Below, piece by piece: positions 46,269 through 56,491 of a DNA stretch of 64,000 nucleotides (positions are counted from its first letter, which is position 1; each line of letters begins with the position of its first letter). A program made the translations under genes and the position numbers. A model generated the notes under the pieces. That model saw nothing but the letters and a program-made list of their open reading frames with translations, had not been told where the DNA came from and searched no databases. The DNA is from a virus. The stretch covers positions 29,562 through 93,561 of IMG/VR virus record IMGVR_UViG_3300019776_000165. One strand, written 5' to 3'.

Positions 46269-48311
46269 ATGTCTAAGTACGCTAACTTCCCCTATAGCGG
46301 GGCTAAGTATGGTGATGTACCAAAGATTCCACAATCTGCCGAGCCTATGTACTCGGTGGCAACTGCCTACAGTATTTCTCCTGAAACTGAAACTGTCGTA
46401 AGAGTTACTTGGCAGGAGCCTTCAAACAAAGGCGTGGAATGGGTGGGGCTTCGCCTAGTGCGTAACCAAAACTCTTACCCAGAAACCCCAGAAGACGGGG
46501 TTACTATTTGGAGTTGGAACTACATAGTGGGAGGCACGGCAGAACAAAACCGTGTAATTACGGCCCTTGATGATGGCCGTGAGTTTACTGACATACCTAT
46601 TTCTCACAATAGGTACGCATACTACACAATGTGGTTACAAAAGACTGATGGGTCTTGGGTTGAAGCAGGAAACACTTTTACTGTCGTACCTAGTCCTCAC
46701 GGAGTGGTAACTGCTCAAGACGGCACACTTTTAACTACTCACGATAAAGTTATGGACTACCTTCCTCGTGTGTACACTTCCGCATCTCAAAGCCCTATTG
46801 ATGAAGTAGACAAGACCTCTGTTCTGTACAACTTCTTGAGTGGATTTTCGTTTACCTTTGACGAGATTCTTACTCTTGCCGATTTGCTTATCCCAGATGC
46901 TTCTGGAAAAAATATTAACCCCAACATCACTCCTGCAGTTGCTCAAAATTTAGGCATTGAAAATGTTGGACAAATGGCCACTAGAAGCCAGAAACGTTTG
47001 ATTCGTGAAGCCATATACACGTACTCTCGTAAAGGAACCCCTTTAAGCCTAGGGACATTATCGGAAAGTGTAACTAACTTTTCTCCGACACTTTCTTACA
47101 GCCCTAACTTAATGTTGTCTGTTCAAGACAGCACTTTCTACAAAGGTGCAGGAAACTGGTCAGCAATTGGTGGGTGCACCATTTCAGCGGTTGAGACTGA
47201 AATGCCAAAGTCTACTTCCACTGCTATTGACACTAACTGGACTGGAAAAGCAGTAGTTTCTTCGGCAGGAGCCACTATTCAAAATGGAACTATTTCTCCT
47301 AAAACTCGTGCAGTACCTGTTACTGCTGAATCTGACTATGTGATTAGTTTTGAAATTAAATCGGAGAATGCTTCGACTGATGTGGATGTGTCCATACTTT
47401 GGTACGACTTTCAAGGGAACTACGTATCTGAAAGTACTCCTACTAACATTTTAGTGTCTGATGTTTGGGATAAAAAAGAAGCAACAGTTACAGCACCAGT
47501 AACTGCTAAATGGGCGGGAATTAAAGTCAAGTTTAACTCCGCTGATGTTTTCTTTGTGGACCGATTCCAGTTTGAACTGGGCACAACTGCAGGAGCATTT
47601 AAAGAGGCTCGTGGAGTAGGTGTGTCTCTTCGACCTACTAAAATTAACTACATTAATAACCCGTCATTTGAGAATGGAGTTACTGGCTGGACTATCACTG
47701 ATATGACTCCTACAGCAACTCTTCCAGACACTACTCTTCCAAATGTTCCTAGTGGAACTAAAATGTTTGAGGCAGTTGGAGACACTACTACTTGTTCCAT
47801 AGCAGTGGCTACTTTTGATAGTGTACTTAGTTTGAACGACGGATTTTACACGTTTTCTTTTTACGCTAAATCGTCTGCCTCAGTAGCAGCCTCAATAAAC
47901 TTTTCAGTATCTGATGGTGCTGAAGTTACTTCAGTAAGTTCTGCAATAACTTTAACTGCAGACTGGGCAAGGTATAGCGTTACCTTAAACTTGCAAAACC
48001 CTCTTATTGACCCGACTGCTATGAGTTTTGATGCCAGCCTTGATGGGAACTTTAATGGGCTAACTATCCACATGGATGCCGCTCAGATTGAAGAGGGTTA
48101 CCTCCCTAGTGACTATTTTGATGGTGATTTGCCCACCACTTCTGGTTGCACATGGTACAACTTGGCCAATGACTCTGAGTCGGTCTATTATCCTAACTGG
48201 ACTACAAAAGCGCCATTGTTAGCCCTTGAGTTGCAAAACAACATCCCTTCAAACACTCCTTGGGAAATTAATCTTTATGGTTTGCCCTCTGAGAAGGGCA
48301 TTACCCCATAA
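46269..48311 (+). CDS. Baseplate wedge/tail protein (gpI-like) with carbohydrate-binding-like domains
   Basis: YLPRVY, YSRKGT, NPSFENG, AAQIEEG..YFDG. Confidence 0.7.
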   Translation: MSKYANFPYSGAKYGDVPKIPQSAEPMYSVATAYSISPETETVVRVTWQEPSNKGVEWVGLRLVRNQNSYPETPEDGVTIWSWNYIVGGTAEQNRVITALDDGREFTDIPISHNRYAYYTMWLQKTDGSWVEAGNTFTVVPSPHGVVTAQDGTLLTTHDKVMDYLPRVYTSASQSPIDEVDKTSVLYNFLSGFSFTFDEILTLADLLIPDASGKNINPNITPAVAQNLGIENVGQMATRSQKRLIREAIYTYSRKGTPLSLGTLSESVTNFSPTLSYSPNLMLSVQDSTFYKGAGNWSAIGGCTISAVETEMPKSTSTAIDTNWTGKAVVSSAGATIQNGTISPKTRAVPVTAESDYVISFEIKSENASTDVDVSILWYDFQGNYVSESTPTNILVSDVWDKKEATVTAPVTAKWAGIKVKFNSADVFFVDRFQFELGTTAGAFKEARGVGVSLRPTKINYINNPSFENGVTGWTITDMTPTATLPDTTLPNVPSGTKMFEAVGDTTTCSIAVATFDSVLSLNDGFYTFSFYAKSSASVAASINFSVSDGAEVTSVSSAITLTADWARYSVTLNLQNPLIDPTAMSFDASLDGNFNGLTIHMDAAQIEEGYLPSDYFDGDLPTTSGCTWYNLANDSESVYYPNWTTKAPLLALELQNNIPSNTPWEINLYGLPSEKGITP

Positions 48312-48320
48312 GATATCCTT

Positions 48321-48590
48321 ATGGATACTTTTGGACTAATACTTGTTGCTGGTTTTTCTCTCGCTTACGTTGTCGAGTTGTCAGGTGCCCTCTTGCGCCC
48401 TTTCAGAAGCGACAAAATTTTTAAGCACATCATCACTCCCCCGTTGGCTTTTGTGGCCTGTTTGTACCTTGATTTTACGGGGTTCACTTTAATTGTTGCG
48501 GCGTTGGCTGCTTCTTTTGTCTCTACCTCTTTACGAGTGCTTTTGGATGCTGTAACATCTAAGCCTGTCGTGATTCCACGACGTATGTAA
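48321..48590 (+). CDS. Small membrane protein, probably leaderless
   Basis: Three hydrophobic segments; TAAGAT six nt before ATG. Confidence 0.65.
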   Translation: MDTFGLILVAGFSLAYVVELSGALLRPFRSDKIFKHIITPPLAFVACLYLDFTGFTLIVAALAASFVSTSLRVLLDAVTSKPVVIPRRM

Positions 48591-48599
48591 GGAGGGAAT

Positions 48600-49580
48600 G
48601 TGGGGCATTCTGAAGAGTTGCGACTGTTGTCGTTGACTCCTGCTGAGTTACGCCTGCTTTTGGCGCTTCGTCATCTTCAAAACCGTTGGCATGAGGTCAA
48701 TGCGTCTATGGATGAATTAACTACTTTGACTGGGTATAGTCGCACTACTTTGTGGCGTGCTCATGCTGGGTTGGAGGCTGCTGGCTTCATTGAGGCTACC
48801 CGCACTAAACGAAATTTTGGCTTCTACGCTAAGAACCGTTATGTGCTTAAATCTGGTTCCGTGGATGAAACATCCCTTGTTTCTGCATGTTCCACGGATG
48901 AAACATCAACAGACAATATAGATATACAGATAATTACTACTACTTCTACTTTTAGTAATAAATCAATAGAAGCAATAAACACTTCGTGTTTATTGGGTGC
49001 CGCAGGCACCGAGGAGGGAAAGAAGGAAAACATGGTTAATCGTTGGTCGGAAGATGACGACAACGTTGGTGGGTTTGGTTTGCTGGAGGGCGAGGTTCCC
49101 TCGACTCAGAAGCAGAAGCCTATGAGCAAGCGTGACCCAAAGACTAGGCACATGCGTCCTCAGGATGAATGGACTGCTGCGGATGTGGCTTCAGAGTTTT
49201 CGTTCAGGGTGTACTCAAAGATTCGTGGTATCCCTGGGTTGGTGAACACGGCTTCTCTTCGTGGGGCTTTGGCTGGTAACCGTTCTAAGTTTGGGATTAC
49301 TGCGGTTATCGAGATGGAGGTCATGGAGCGGTTCTTTGCGGACGAACGTAACTTGAACACAATCCGCAAGTTTCCTACCAGTGCCGTGGGTATGTTCTTG
49401 CGGGCTATCACCACGAACGTTCAGCAGGTTGTGGAAGATTTGGGCATGGAAGACGCACCTGTTGTTGACGAAACTCCTGTGGCAAGTTATGTTTATGCTT
49501 CAGACGGTAAAGCGTTTGACAACTCCATGCCAGGACGTAAGTCTTTGGAGCGTTATGAAGAGAAACTAGGAAGGGCATAA
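48600..49580 (+). CDS. Replication initiator (N-terminal wHTH)
   Basis: SMDELTTLTGYSRTTLWRA..LEAAGFI; upstream of loader and DnaB. Confidence 0.75.
   Translation: MGHSEELRLLSLTPAELRLLLALRHLQNRWHEVNASMDELTTLTGYSRTTLWRAHAGLEAAGFIEATRTKRNFGFYAKNRYVLKSGSVDETSLVSACSTDETSTDNIDIQIITTTSTFSNKSIEAINTSCLLGAAGTEEGKKENMVNRWSEDDDNVGGFGLLEGEVPSTQKQKPMSKRDPKTRHMRPQDEWTAADVASEFSFRVYSKIRGIPGLVNTASLRGALAGNRSKFGITAVIEMEVMERFFADERNLNTIRKFPTSAVGMFLRAITTNVQQVVEDLGMEDAPVVDETPVASYVYASDGKAFDNSMPGRKSLERYEEKLGRA
48856..48995. repeat. Putative origin: iteron pair, AT-rich tract, hairpin
   Basis: GTTCCGTGGATGAAACATC 48856 and GTTCCACGGATGAAACATC 48889; CAATAAACAC-TTC-GTGTTTATTG 48973-48995. Confidence 0.65.
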
Positions 49581-50308
49581 TGTACGACATCGCAAGGCTA
49601 CCCTCGCTCAAGAGGTATTGGCTGTTCCGCAACAGCAACATTCCACGCAGGTTCTTGGGGCTAGAGCCAGCCGACATTGAGAAGAAGATGGGCTCGTTCC
49701 CATCTCAAATCAACGACTGGCTGGAAGAGGTCATGGACGGTCAGGTCATCAAGAAGATTGGCGGTCTAGGAACCACTGGTGTTGGCCTGTTGTTTGACGG
49801 TGCACCTGGGCTAGGTAAGACCACCCACGCCGTAACCTCAGCCATGGAACTGGTCAAGCGACTACCCGACGGTGACGCTGAGATGGCTAAGATTCTTGGC
49901 TACAGCACCGATGACTTTGGTCGCTACGCCCACAACTTGCGCCCAATCTACTACATGACTTTCCCAGAGTTCTTGTCTCGCAAGAAGGCTTTGATTGACG
50001 CAGACCCTGAGACTAAGCGTGACCTGTACCTTGAGATGGAAGGCTTCCACGGCCGTGCCAAGGACGACTCGTTGAACGTTCGCATCCTTGTGCTAGACGA
50101 CTTGGGCAAGGAGTACGGCTCAAAGTATGACGACACTTCGTTTGACGAGGTTCTTCGCTCACGCTACGACAAGGCTCTACCCACTATCATCACTACCAAC
50201 GTACGCCGTGAGAACTGGGCTAAGCAGTATGGGGAGGCTATGGGAAGTTTTGCTTTCGAAGCGTTCCACCGAGTTGCTATCCTAGGTAAGGACCTACGCA
50301 AAGAATGA
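49580..50308 (+). CDS. DnaC/IstB-like helicase loader ATPase
   Basis: GAPGLGKT, LVLDDLGKE, RY...PTIITTN. Confidence 0.88.
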   Translation: MYDIARLPSLKRYWLFRNSNIPRRFLGLEPADIEKKMGSFPSQINDWLEEVMDGQVIKKIGGLGTTGVGLLFDGAPGLGKTTHAVTSAMELVKRLPDGDAEMAKILGYSTDDFGRYAHNLRPIYYMTFPEFLSRKKALIDADPETKRDLYLEMEGFHGRAKDDSLNVRILVLDDLGKEYGSKYDDTSFDEVLRSRYDKALPTIITTNVRRENWAKQYGEAMGSFAFEAFHRVAILGKDLRKE

Positions 50309-50616
50309 AAGGCAAGTCAATGGAAATCGAGTGGCGCACAATCCAACTTTTTATTAACGAAGAAGGAGTAGTCGATGAAGTGTCTCTAGACACTGACAAC
50401 ACCGACAAAATGCGTTGCACTTGCCAGCAGTTTAAGCGGGCAGCACGTTGCAAGCACACCAAGTTTATGCGTGAAAAGATTGAGCAGACTGACGGAGTAA
50501 TCTCCTTGTTCATTCCAAACCACATGAGCGATGCAGAAGCCAACGAGGCTCTTGGAGACGTGCACGCTTTCCGTGACTTGATTCTTAAGTACGGGAAAAT
50601 TGAGTACTTGCAATGA
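50305..50616 (+). CDS. SWIM zinc-finger protein
   Basis: RCTC..F.....CKH. Confidence 0.8.
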   Translation: MKGKSMEIEWRTIQLFINEEGVVDEVSLDTDNTDKMRCTCQQFKRAARCKHTKFMREKIEQTDGVISLFIPNHMSDAEANEALGDVHAFRDLILKYGKIEYLQ

Positions 50617-51029
50617 TTAACGGAGACATCTCCAACGCAACTTCTCCACGAATAATCGTGGTGATAGATGCAGTGGTTGAGTCCGCAGTTGAAGAGACTA
50701 GGCGGTTGCTAAAGACAACTGTCGGCAGAACAAAGATAAAACTAAAAAACAGAGAACTATCGCAACTTTGGAACGTTTCGTTTAAGTACGGTCTTTCAGT
50801 AGAACTGGCTGCTTTTGAAAACGAAGTTTGGTCTCAAGAGGACTTAGACAAAATGATGGAGCGGCTTGACTCTCGTGGAGGCAATCCGTTTAACTACACG
50901 GAACTCTACGCAGACATAGACGATTTCATTTCAGAGTTGCCCTATCGCACCAACTTGAAAGGTGTGGTAGATTTACGAGAACGAGTTATGCGTTATGGTT
51001 CATGGGGTATTGAACTAGACAACCTGTAA
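50613..51029 (+). CDS. Hypothetical protein
   Basis: ATGA coupling. Confidence 0.7.
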   Translation: MINGDISNATSPRIIVVIDAVVESAVEETRRLLKTTVGRTKIKLKNRELSQLWNVSFKYGLSVELAAFENEVWSQEDLDKMMERLDSRGGNPFNYTELYADIDDFISELPYRTNLKGVVDLRERVMRYGSWGIELDNL

Positions 51030-51048
51030 CTTTATTAGGAGAAGGAAA

Positions 51049-52293
51049 ATGGCATTAGATAACGAGCATCGGTTACTCAGCAAAGTTGTACGTGACCGTG
51101 TAATCATTCCTGTTATTGAGCAGGGAATCAAAGACGACTGGTTTGTAGATGACGACCTTCGTGCAGTGTGGAAGTTTGTGCGTGAGCACTACTCCAACTA
51201 CCGTGTAGTCCCTACCGTTGAAACCGTTATGGACAACTTCCCTAACTTGAAGTTGTACAACGTTGAAGAATCTATCGACTACTTGATTGACACCATGGTC
51301 AAGTTCCGTAGGAACATGCTGACCAGAAACGGTCTTCAAGATGTAATGCTCCGTATGAGCGCCAACGACCACGAGGCTGCTCTCAACGAAATGAGCAAGG
51401 TCGTATCGATAGTCAACGCTCAAGGCGTGGTCGGCACTACCCACTTGGACTTGACCACAGACCCAGACGCTCGTTATGACGAGTACGAAAACATCCAGAA
51501 CCACAAACTCTTAGGAATCCCTACAGGGTTTGAGCAGATTGATGAAGCGACCGCTGGTCTGCAGGGCGGACAGTTGATTACTGTTATTGCCCCACCAAAA
51601 ACTGGTAAGTCGCAGATTGCTTTGCGTATCGCCAACAACGTGCACAAGGCTGGTTACGTCCCTCTGTTCCAGTCGTTCGAGATGAACAACCACGAGCAGG
51701 CCCAGCGTTCAGACGCTATGCGTGCCCACATCTCCTCCACTCGACTTCGCCGTGGCGCTCTTAGCACTGCCGAAGAAGTTCGCTACACCAAGATGCTGGG
51801 AGAGATGAAAACCGAGAAGCCATTCCACCTTGTGGACGCAGTTAACGGTCTAACCATTGACTCGCTGGTTGCTAAGTGTGAGCAGTTGACCCCAGACATT
51901 CTGTTTGTTGACGGTGTGTACCTAATGCTTGACCAGGTCACTGGTGAGGCTAACACCCCACAGGCTTTGACCAACATCACTCGTGGGTTGAAGCGTGTTG
52001 CCCAGAAGTTGAACATCCCCGTAATCATCACCACTCAGACCCTGCTGTGGAAGATGAAAGGCGGTAAGGTTTCGGCTGACTCTATCGGTTACTCCTCCTC
52101 GTTCTTCCAAGACTCAGACGTAATCCTTGGTCTAGAGCCAGTAGAAGACAACGACTTAGTTCGTCTGCTAAAGATTGTTCAGTCACGAAACTGCCCACCG
52201 TCTACTACCTCCATTACTTGGAACTGGGACACTGGTTGTTTCCACGACGAGAACAGCCCCTGCAAGTACTGTGGAACTGGTGCGTACCTATGA
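51049..52293 (+). CDS. dnaB: Replicative helicase
   Basis: IPTGF, APPKTGKS, SFEM, FVDG, QDSD. Confidence 0.92.
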   Translation: MALDNEHRLLSKVVRDRVIIPVIEQGIKDDWFVDDDLRAVWKFVREHYSNYRVVPTVETVMDNFPNLKLYNVEESIDYLIDTMVKFRRNMLTRNGLQDVMLRMSANDHEAALNEMSKVVSIVNAQGVVGTTHLDLTTDPDARYDEYENIQNHKLLGIPTGFEQIDEATAGLQGGQLITVIAPPKTGKSQIALRIANNVHKAGYVPLFQSFEMNNHEQAQRSDAMRAHISSTRLRRGALSTAEEVRYTKMLGEMKTEKPFHLVDAVNGLTIDSLVAKCEQLTPDILFVDGVYLMLDQVTGEANTPQALTNITRGLKRVAQKLNIPVIITTQTLLWKMKGGKVSADSIGYSSSFFQDSDVILGLEPVEDNDLVRLLKIVQSRNCPPSTTSITWNWDTGCFHDENSPCKYCGTGAYL

Positions 52294-53297
52294 GAAAGTT
52301 TGACATCAGCGCAGTCCTAGACGCACTAGGCCTGCAATACGATGTCAGGAACTTCGAGGCTAACGCCTTGTGCCCTGGACACATCAAGACGGTAGGTCAC
52401 CCAGACCACTCCCCGTCATGGTGGATTAACATGGAGACTGGTGTACACATCTGCTTCTCCTGCGGTTACAAAGGCAACCTGCTTCAGTTAGTCTGTGACA
52501 TCAAAGACTTCCACACCACTGCGTGGGGCAAAGACCTAGGTTACGACTACGACGCTGCAAAGAACTGGGTCGACAGCATCTCTGAGTTTGATGCTGACCA
52601 AATGTTTGACTATCTAAAGAACTTGCCCTCGTACTTGTACAGCGCCCACCAAGTGCTGGAGATGTCTGAGGCCAGACTTGCCGTGTTCGACCCACCACCA
52701 GCAGAGGCTCTAGCAAAACGAAACATAACACCAGAGGCTGCGGAGACTTACGGAGTTTTGTGGGACACTAAAAAGCAAACTTGGATTCTTCCCCTCCGTG
52801 AGCCTCACTTTAATAAACTTATGGGGTGGCAAGAAAAAGGGACTGTAGACCGCACGTTCTTTAACCGACCAGCAGGACTGCAAAAGTCCAAGACATTGTT
52901 TGGAGTAGAAAATCAAACTGAAGGCACTGTTATCGTTGTTGAGTCTCCTCTTGATTGTTTACGCATTGCGTCTGCTGGCATTAGCGGTGCAGTTGCAGTC
53001 TGCGGTTCGTCAATCTCGGAAGACCAAATAAAACTACTCAGGTACTCCAACACAGTAGTGGCTGCGTTTGACAACCCAAATCTAGACCAGTCTGGTAAAA
53101 AGGCTAGTAAGGAAATGTTGAAGTTAGCCCGTAAGTACGGGATTAACTTGTTTTTCTTTAACTACGGAAGTAGCGGGAAGAAAGACCCTGGCGACATGAC
53201 CGACGACGAAATTCGTTGGGGTGTGGAAAACGCACGCTCTGCACTATATGGAGAACTAGCCTATGTTCAAGGGGACGCTGAAACCGTACCAGGTTGA
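52290..53297 (+). CDS. dnaG: DNA primase (Zn finger plus TOPRIM)
   Basis: CPGH...CFSC; VVESPLD; FDN; KDPGD. Confidence 0.9.
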   Translation: MRKFDISAVLDALGLQYDVRNFEANALCPGHIKTVGHPDHSPSWWINMETGVHICFSCGYKGNLLQLVCDIKDFHTTAWGKDLGYDYDAAKNWVDSISEFDADQMFDYLKNLPSYLYSAHQVLEMSEARLAVFDPPPAEALAKRNITPEAAETYGVLWDTKKQTWILPLREPHFNKLMGWQEKGTVDRTFFNRPAGLQKSKTLFGVENQTEGTVIVVESPLDCLRIASAGISGAVAVCGSSISEDQIKLLRYSNTVVAAFDNPNLDQSGKKASKEMLKLARKYGINLFFFNYGSSGKKDPGDMTDDEIRWGVENARSALYGELAYVQGDAETVPG

Positions 53298-54831
53298 GGC
53301 CGTCGAAAAGATGGTTGAGCAAAAGCACATTCTCGTAGCCTACGAGATGGGCTTGGGTAAGACCCCAATGACCATCGCTGCCATTGAAGAACTAAGGTCA
53401 CAAGGAAAAATGACTAGAACTGTTTTGGTTCTGTGTCTCGCATCCCTTAAGTATCAGTGGAAAAAAGAAATAGAGAAGTTCAGCGACTCCTCCGTCATAG
53501 TTGTTGACGGTACTCCAAAACAACGTGCAGAACAATACGGAAAACTAGAGAGCAACGATTACGTTGTGATGAACTACGAACAGGTAGTAAATGACTGGGA
53601 AACTCTTAAGGCTTTTAGTTTTGACGCTATCGTTTGCGACGAAGCAACCGCCATTAAAGGCTTTCGAGCCAAGCGAGCCAAAAAGGTTAAAGAGTTAGCC
53701 AAGAAGATACCTGTCAGGTTTGCTCTCACTGGTACGCCAATTGAGAATGGGCGACCAGAAGAAATCTACTCCATCATGCAATTCGTCGACCCAAAAGTCT
53801 TGGGCAGATTTGATTTGTTCGACAAAACATTCATTGTTCGAAATCACTTTGGCGGAGTCCAGCACTACCGCAATCTGCCCACCCTTTACGGTGTTCTTAA
53901 AGAACACTCTGTTCGCAAGTCACAAAAAGATGAAGATGTTAAGCCGTACCTACCAGACGCAATCTATCGTGAACCTTTGATTGTCAAGTTAGATAGCGCC
54001 AGCCAGAAACTGTACGACCACATTGCCAAAGACTTGCACTCTTTGCTAATCGAGGCCAGAGAATCATTCGGTAACGGATTCAACGTGGCTGCTCACTACG
54101 GGCAAACGTTTGACCCCAATGACCCTGCCAATCAAATGCGGGGAGAAATCATGTCCCGCATCTCTGCCCTGAGAATGCTGTGCTCTTCTTCCAACGTGCT
54201 GGTGTCTAGTTACACGCACTTCGATAACCACGACGGCAAAGGCAGTGCTTACGTTCACTCCCTAGGAAATCTAATCCATGGGATTACAAAAACACCAAAA
54301 CTAGATGCCGCTATCCGCTACCTAGAGGACCACTTGGAGATTGATGACACATACAAGGCTGTTGTATTCACGTCATATCTGGATTCTGTTGCAGAGATTG
54401 TCGACCGACTCAACGCTAAAGGTTACGGAGCAGTCGCCTACACAGGCGAAATGAACGCACTCAAAAAAGAAGATGTGAAAGTTAAGTTTCAATCTCGACC
54501 ACACATTCGTGTGCTGGTAAGTTCCGACGCTGGCGGCTACGGCGTTGACCTGCCTCAAGCAAACCTTCTTCTTAACTATGACCAGCCTTGGTCAGCGGGC
54601 CTTGCCGTTCAACGCAACGGCCGAATCATCCGCACATCTAGCGAATGGCACGCTGTAACCATTCAAGATATTTTGGTCAAAGGCTCTATTGAACAACGAC
54701 AGCACGATATGCTTAAGCAAAAGATTGCAGTAGCAGACGCCGTGCTAGATGGTCAAGGAATTAATTCTGCTGGCGGTGTTGACTTAACTGTAGGAAGTCT
54801 CATAAACTTTATTGCAGACACACTTATCTAA
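53263..54831 (+). CDS. SNF2-family helicase
   Basis: LKPYQ, MGLGKT, CDEA, LTGTP, GGYGVDL, QRNGRIIR. Confidence 0.92.
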   Translation: MFKGTLKPYQVEAVEKMVEQKHILVAYEMGLGKTPMTIAAIEELRSQGKMTRTVLVLCLASLKYQWKKEIEKFSDSSVIVVDGTPKQRAEQYGKLESNDYVVMNYEQVVNDWETLKAFSFDAIVCDEATAIKGFRAKRAKKVKELAKKIPVRFALTGTPIENGRPEEIYSIMQFVDPKVLGRFDLFDKTFIVRNHFGGVQHYRNLPTLYGVLKEHSVRKSQKDEDVKPYLPDAIYREPLIVKLDSASQKLYDHIAKDLHSLLIEARESFGNGFNVAAHYGQTFDPNDPANQMRGEIMSRISALRMLCSSSNVLVSSYTHFDNHDGKGSAYVHSLGNLIHGITKTPKLDAAIRYLEDHLEIDDTYKAVVFTSYLDSVAEIVDRLNAKGYGAVAYTGEMNALKKEDVKVKFQSRPHIRVLVSSDAGGYGVDLPQANLLLNYDQPWSAGLAVQRNGRIIRTSSEWHAVTIQDILVKGSIEQRQHDMLKQKIAVADAVLDGQGINSAGGVDLTVGSLINFIADTLI

Positions 54832-54839
54832 GGGGCAAC

Positions 54840-55283
54840 ATGGTAAACATCATTCCAGAGGACGGAAAGCGTTTTTCCGACCCAAATGACATTCAGTCTC
54901 AAATCCGTGAATACATTAAGGCTAAGTCCAGCGCAGACTTCTTTGAGGAGAAGTGCGCTTCGCTTCGCAATAACATTTTCCAGTACATTGAGGAAAACGG
55001 AGAAGAAGACTCCAACGGAAGCATCTCACTCCGACTAGACTCACCAATCGATGGTGTGTCTGGCCTTCAGAAGAACCGCCGAGCCAGTCGCAAGATTGAC
55101 GAACTAAAAGCGGAGCAAATCATTGAGGCAGCAGGTATCGCTGACGAAGTGTACGAACTAAAGCGTGTAGTTAACGAGGCTGCTCTACTTGCCGCTCACT
55201 ATGAGGGCAAGATTACTGAGGAAGAACTTGACGAGATGTTTCCTGTAAAGGTAGTCTGGGCACTACGCACGGTTAAGAAGTAA
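54840..55283 (+). CDS. Hypothetical protein
   Basis: ORF in replication operon. Confidence 0.7.
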   Translation: MVNIIPEDGKRFSDPNDIQSQIREYIKAKSSADFFEEKCASLRNNIFQYIEENGEEDSNGSISLRLDSPIDGVSGLQKNRRASRKIDELKAEQIIEAAGIADEVYELKRVVNEAALLAAHYEGKITEEELDEMFPVKVVWALRTVKK

Positions 55284-55285
55284 CT

Positions 55286-55771
55286 ATGGCTGGCCTGCGT
55301 AGCGATGACGAGATTTTCAAAGCCTTTGAAGGTCTTGACAAAGTTCCAGGGTCTATACGGCCACGACGTGAAGTTAGCGAACTTGCTAAGAAGCGTCAAG
55401 CAAAGTCTCTCGGAGAGTCTAATGGGTGGGATTCAAACCCCATCATAAAGACTCTTCGAGGTAAAGAGGTGGAGATGTTCACTATCAGTTCTCTGGCGCA
55501 AGCCTTGGAGAAGGAAGTAGTGACTATCCGCCTCTGGGAGAAGAAGGGGTACATCCCTAACGCTCCTTTCCGTCTACGGTCTAAGAACCTCAACGGTAAG
55601 AAAGTCAATGGCAACCGTGCTTACACACGGGAACTTATTGAAATAACTATCGAAGAGTTCTCCAGTCGTGGACTTCTAGGCTCCGCTCGTGTAGAGTGGA
55701 GTAAGTACGGAGACTTAACTGAGGCACTAGTTGTCCGATGGAAAGAATCCGTACAATCTAACACCCAATAA
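55286..55771 (+). CDS. MerR-like HTH DNA-binding protein
   Basis: FTISSLAQAL...TIRLWEKKGYIP...RAYT. Confidence 0.75.
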   Translation: MAGLRSDDEIFKAFEGLDKVPGSIRPRREVSELAKKRQAKSLGESNGWDSNPIIKTLRGKEVEMFTISSLAQALEKEVVTIRLWEKKGYIPNAPFRLRSKNLNGKKVNGNRAYTRELIEITIEEFSSRGLLGSARVEWSKYGDLTEALVVRWKESVQSNTQ

Positions 55772-55811
55772 ACCTAGTAAGCCTAATAAGCCGAATCAAC
55801 AAAGAGAGAAT

Positions 55812-56477
55812 ATGGTTAATTCACCATCGGTCAACGCCTCGAACTACTTCGAGGACGAAGACGAGACAGTTCCAGCCAAGCACGGCACCACTGTGCAGTC
55901 AGGCTGGGAAGCAGCACAGGCCCTTCTTAAGCCTAAGAAGAGCGGCACTAACTATGCCCCCGACTTCAAGATTACTGAGCAGCCACAGTTGCTTCGTTTC
56001 CTTGAGGATGCACCGTTTAAGTCCTACGAGCAGCACTGGATTAACCGTAGCGAAGGCAAGCGTTCGTTTGTTTGCCTTGGTTCGGAATGCCCGCTATGCA
56101 CCATCGCTGGTGACCGTCCAGCCGCTCGATTCGCTTTCAATGTGATTGTTCTTACTGACGAAGAGCCAGTGACCAAGGTCCTGACCGCTTCGACCCCAGT
56201 AATGCGCCTTCTCATTGCCGCTCACGAAGACCCACGCCGTGGTCCACTGAGCAAGTACTTCTGGGCAATTGCTCGCCAGGGTCAGGGTCTGAACACTACG
56301 TACAGCCTCGACCGTGTCAAGGCAGTTGACCTAGCAGAAGAGTGGAACCTAGACGTTGAGGTTGTTGAGGACGCTATTTCCTCCGCAACTTTGTACGACG
56401 ACAGCGCAGTTTACACAAGCCCCCGTGAGGAACTGCTTACGCTTGCTCGTCAACTAGTTACAGCACCGTCTATCTAG
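55812..56477 (+). CDS. Single-stranded DNA-binding protein (gp32-like)
   Basis: LRFL, QHW, C....CPLC zinc site, FNV, R.GQG..TTY. Confidence 0.78.
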   Translation: MVNSPSVNASNYFEDEDETVPAKHGTTVQSGWEAAQALLKPKKSGTNYAPDFKITEQPQLLRFLEDAPFKSYEQHWINRSEGKRSFVCLGSECPLCTIAGDRPAARFAFNVIVLTDEEPVTKVLTASTPVMRLLIAAHEDPRRGPLSKYFWAIARQGQGLNTTYSLDRVKAVDLAEEWNLDVEVVEDAISSATLYDDSAVYTSPREELLTLARQLVTAPSI

Positions 56478-56491
56478 TACCACTAACTAGC

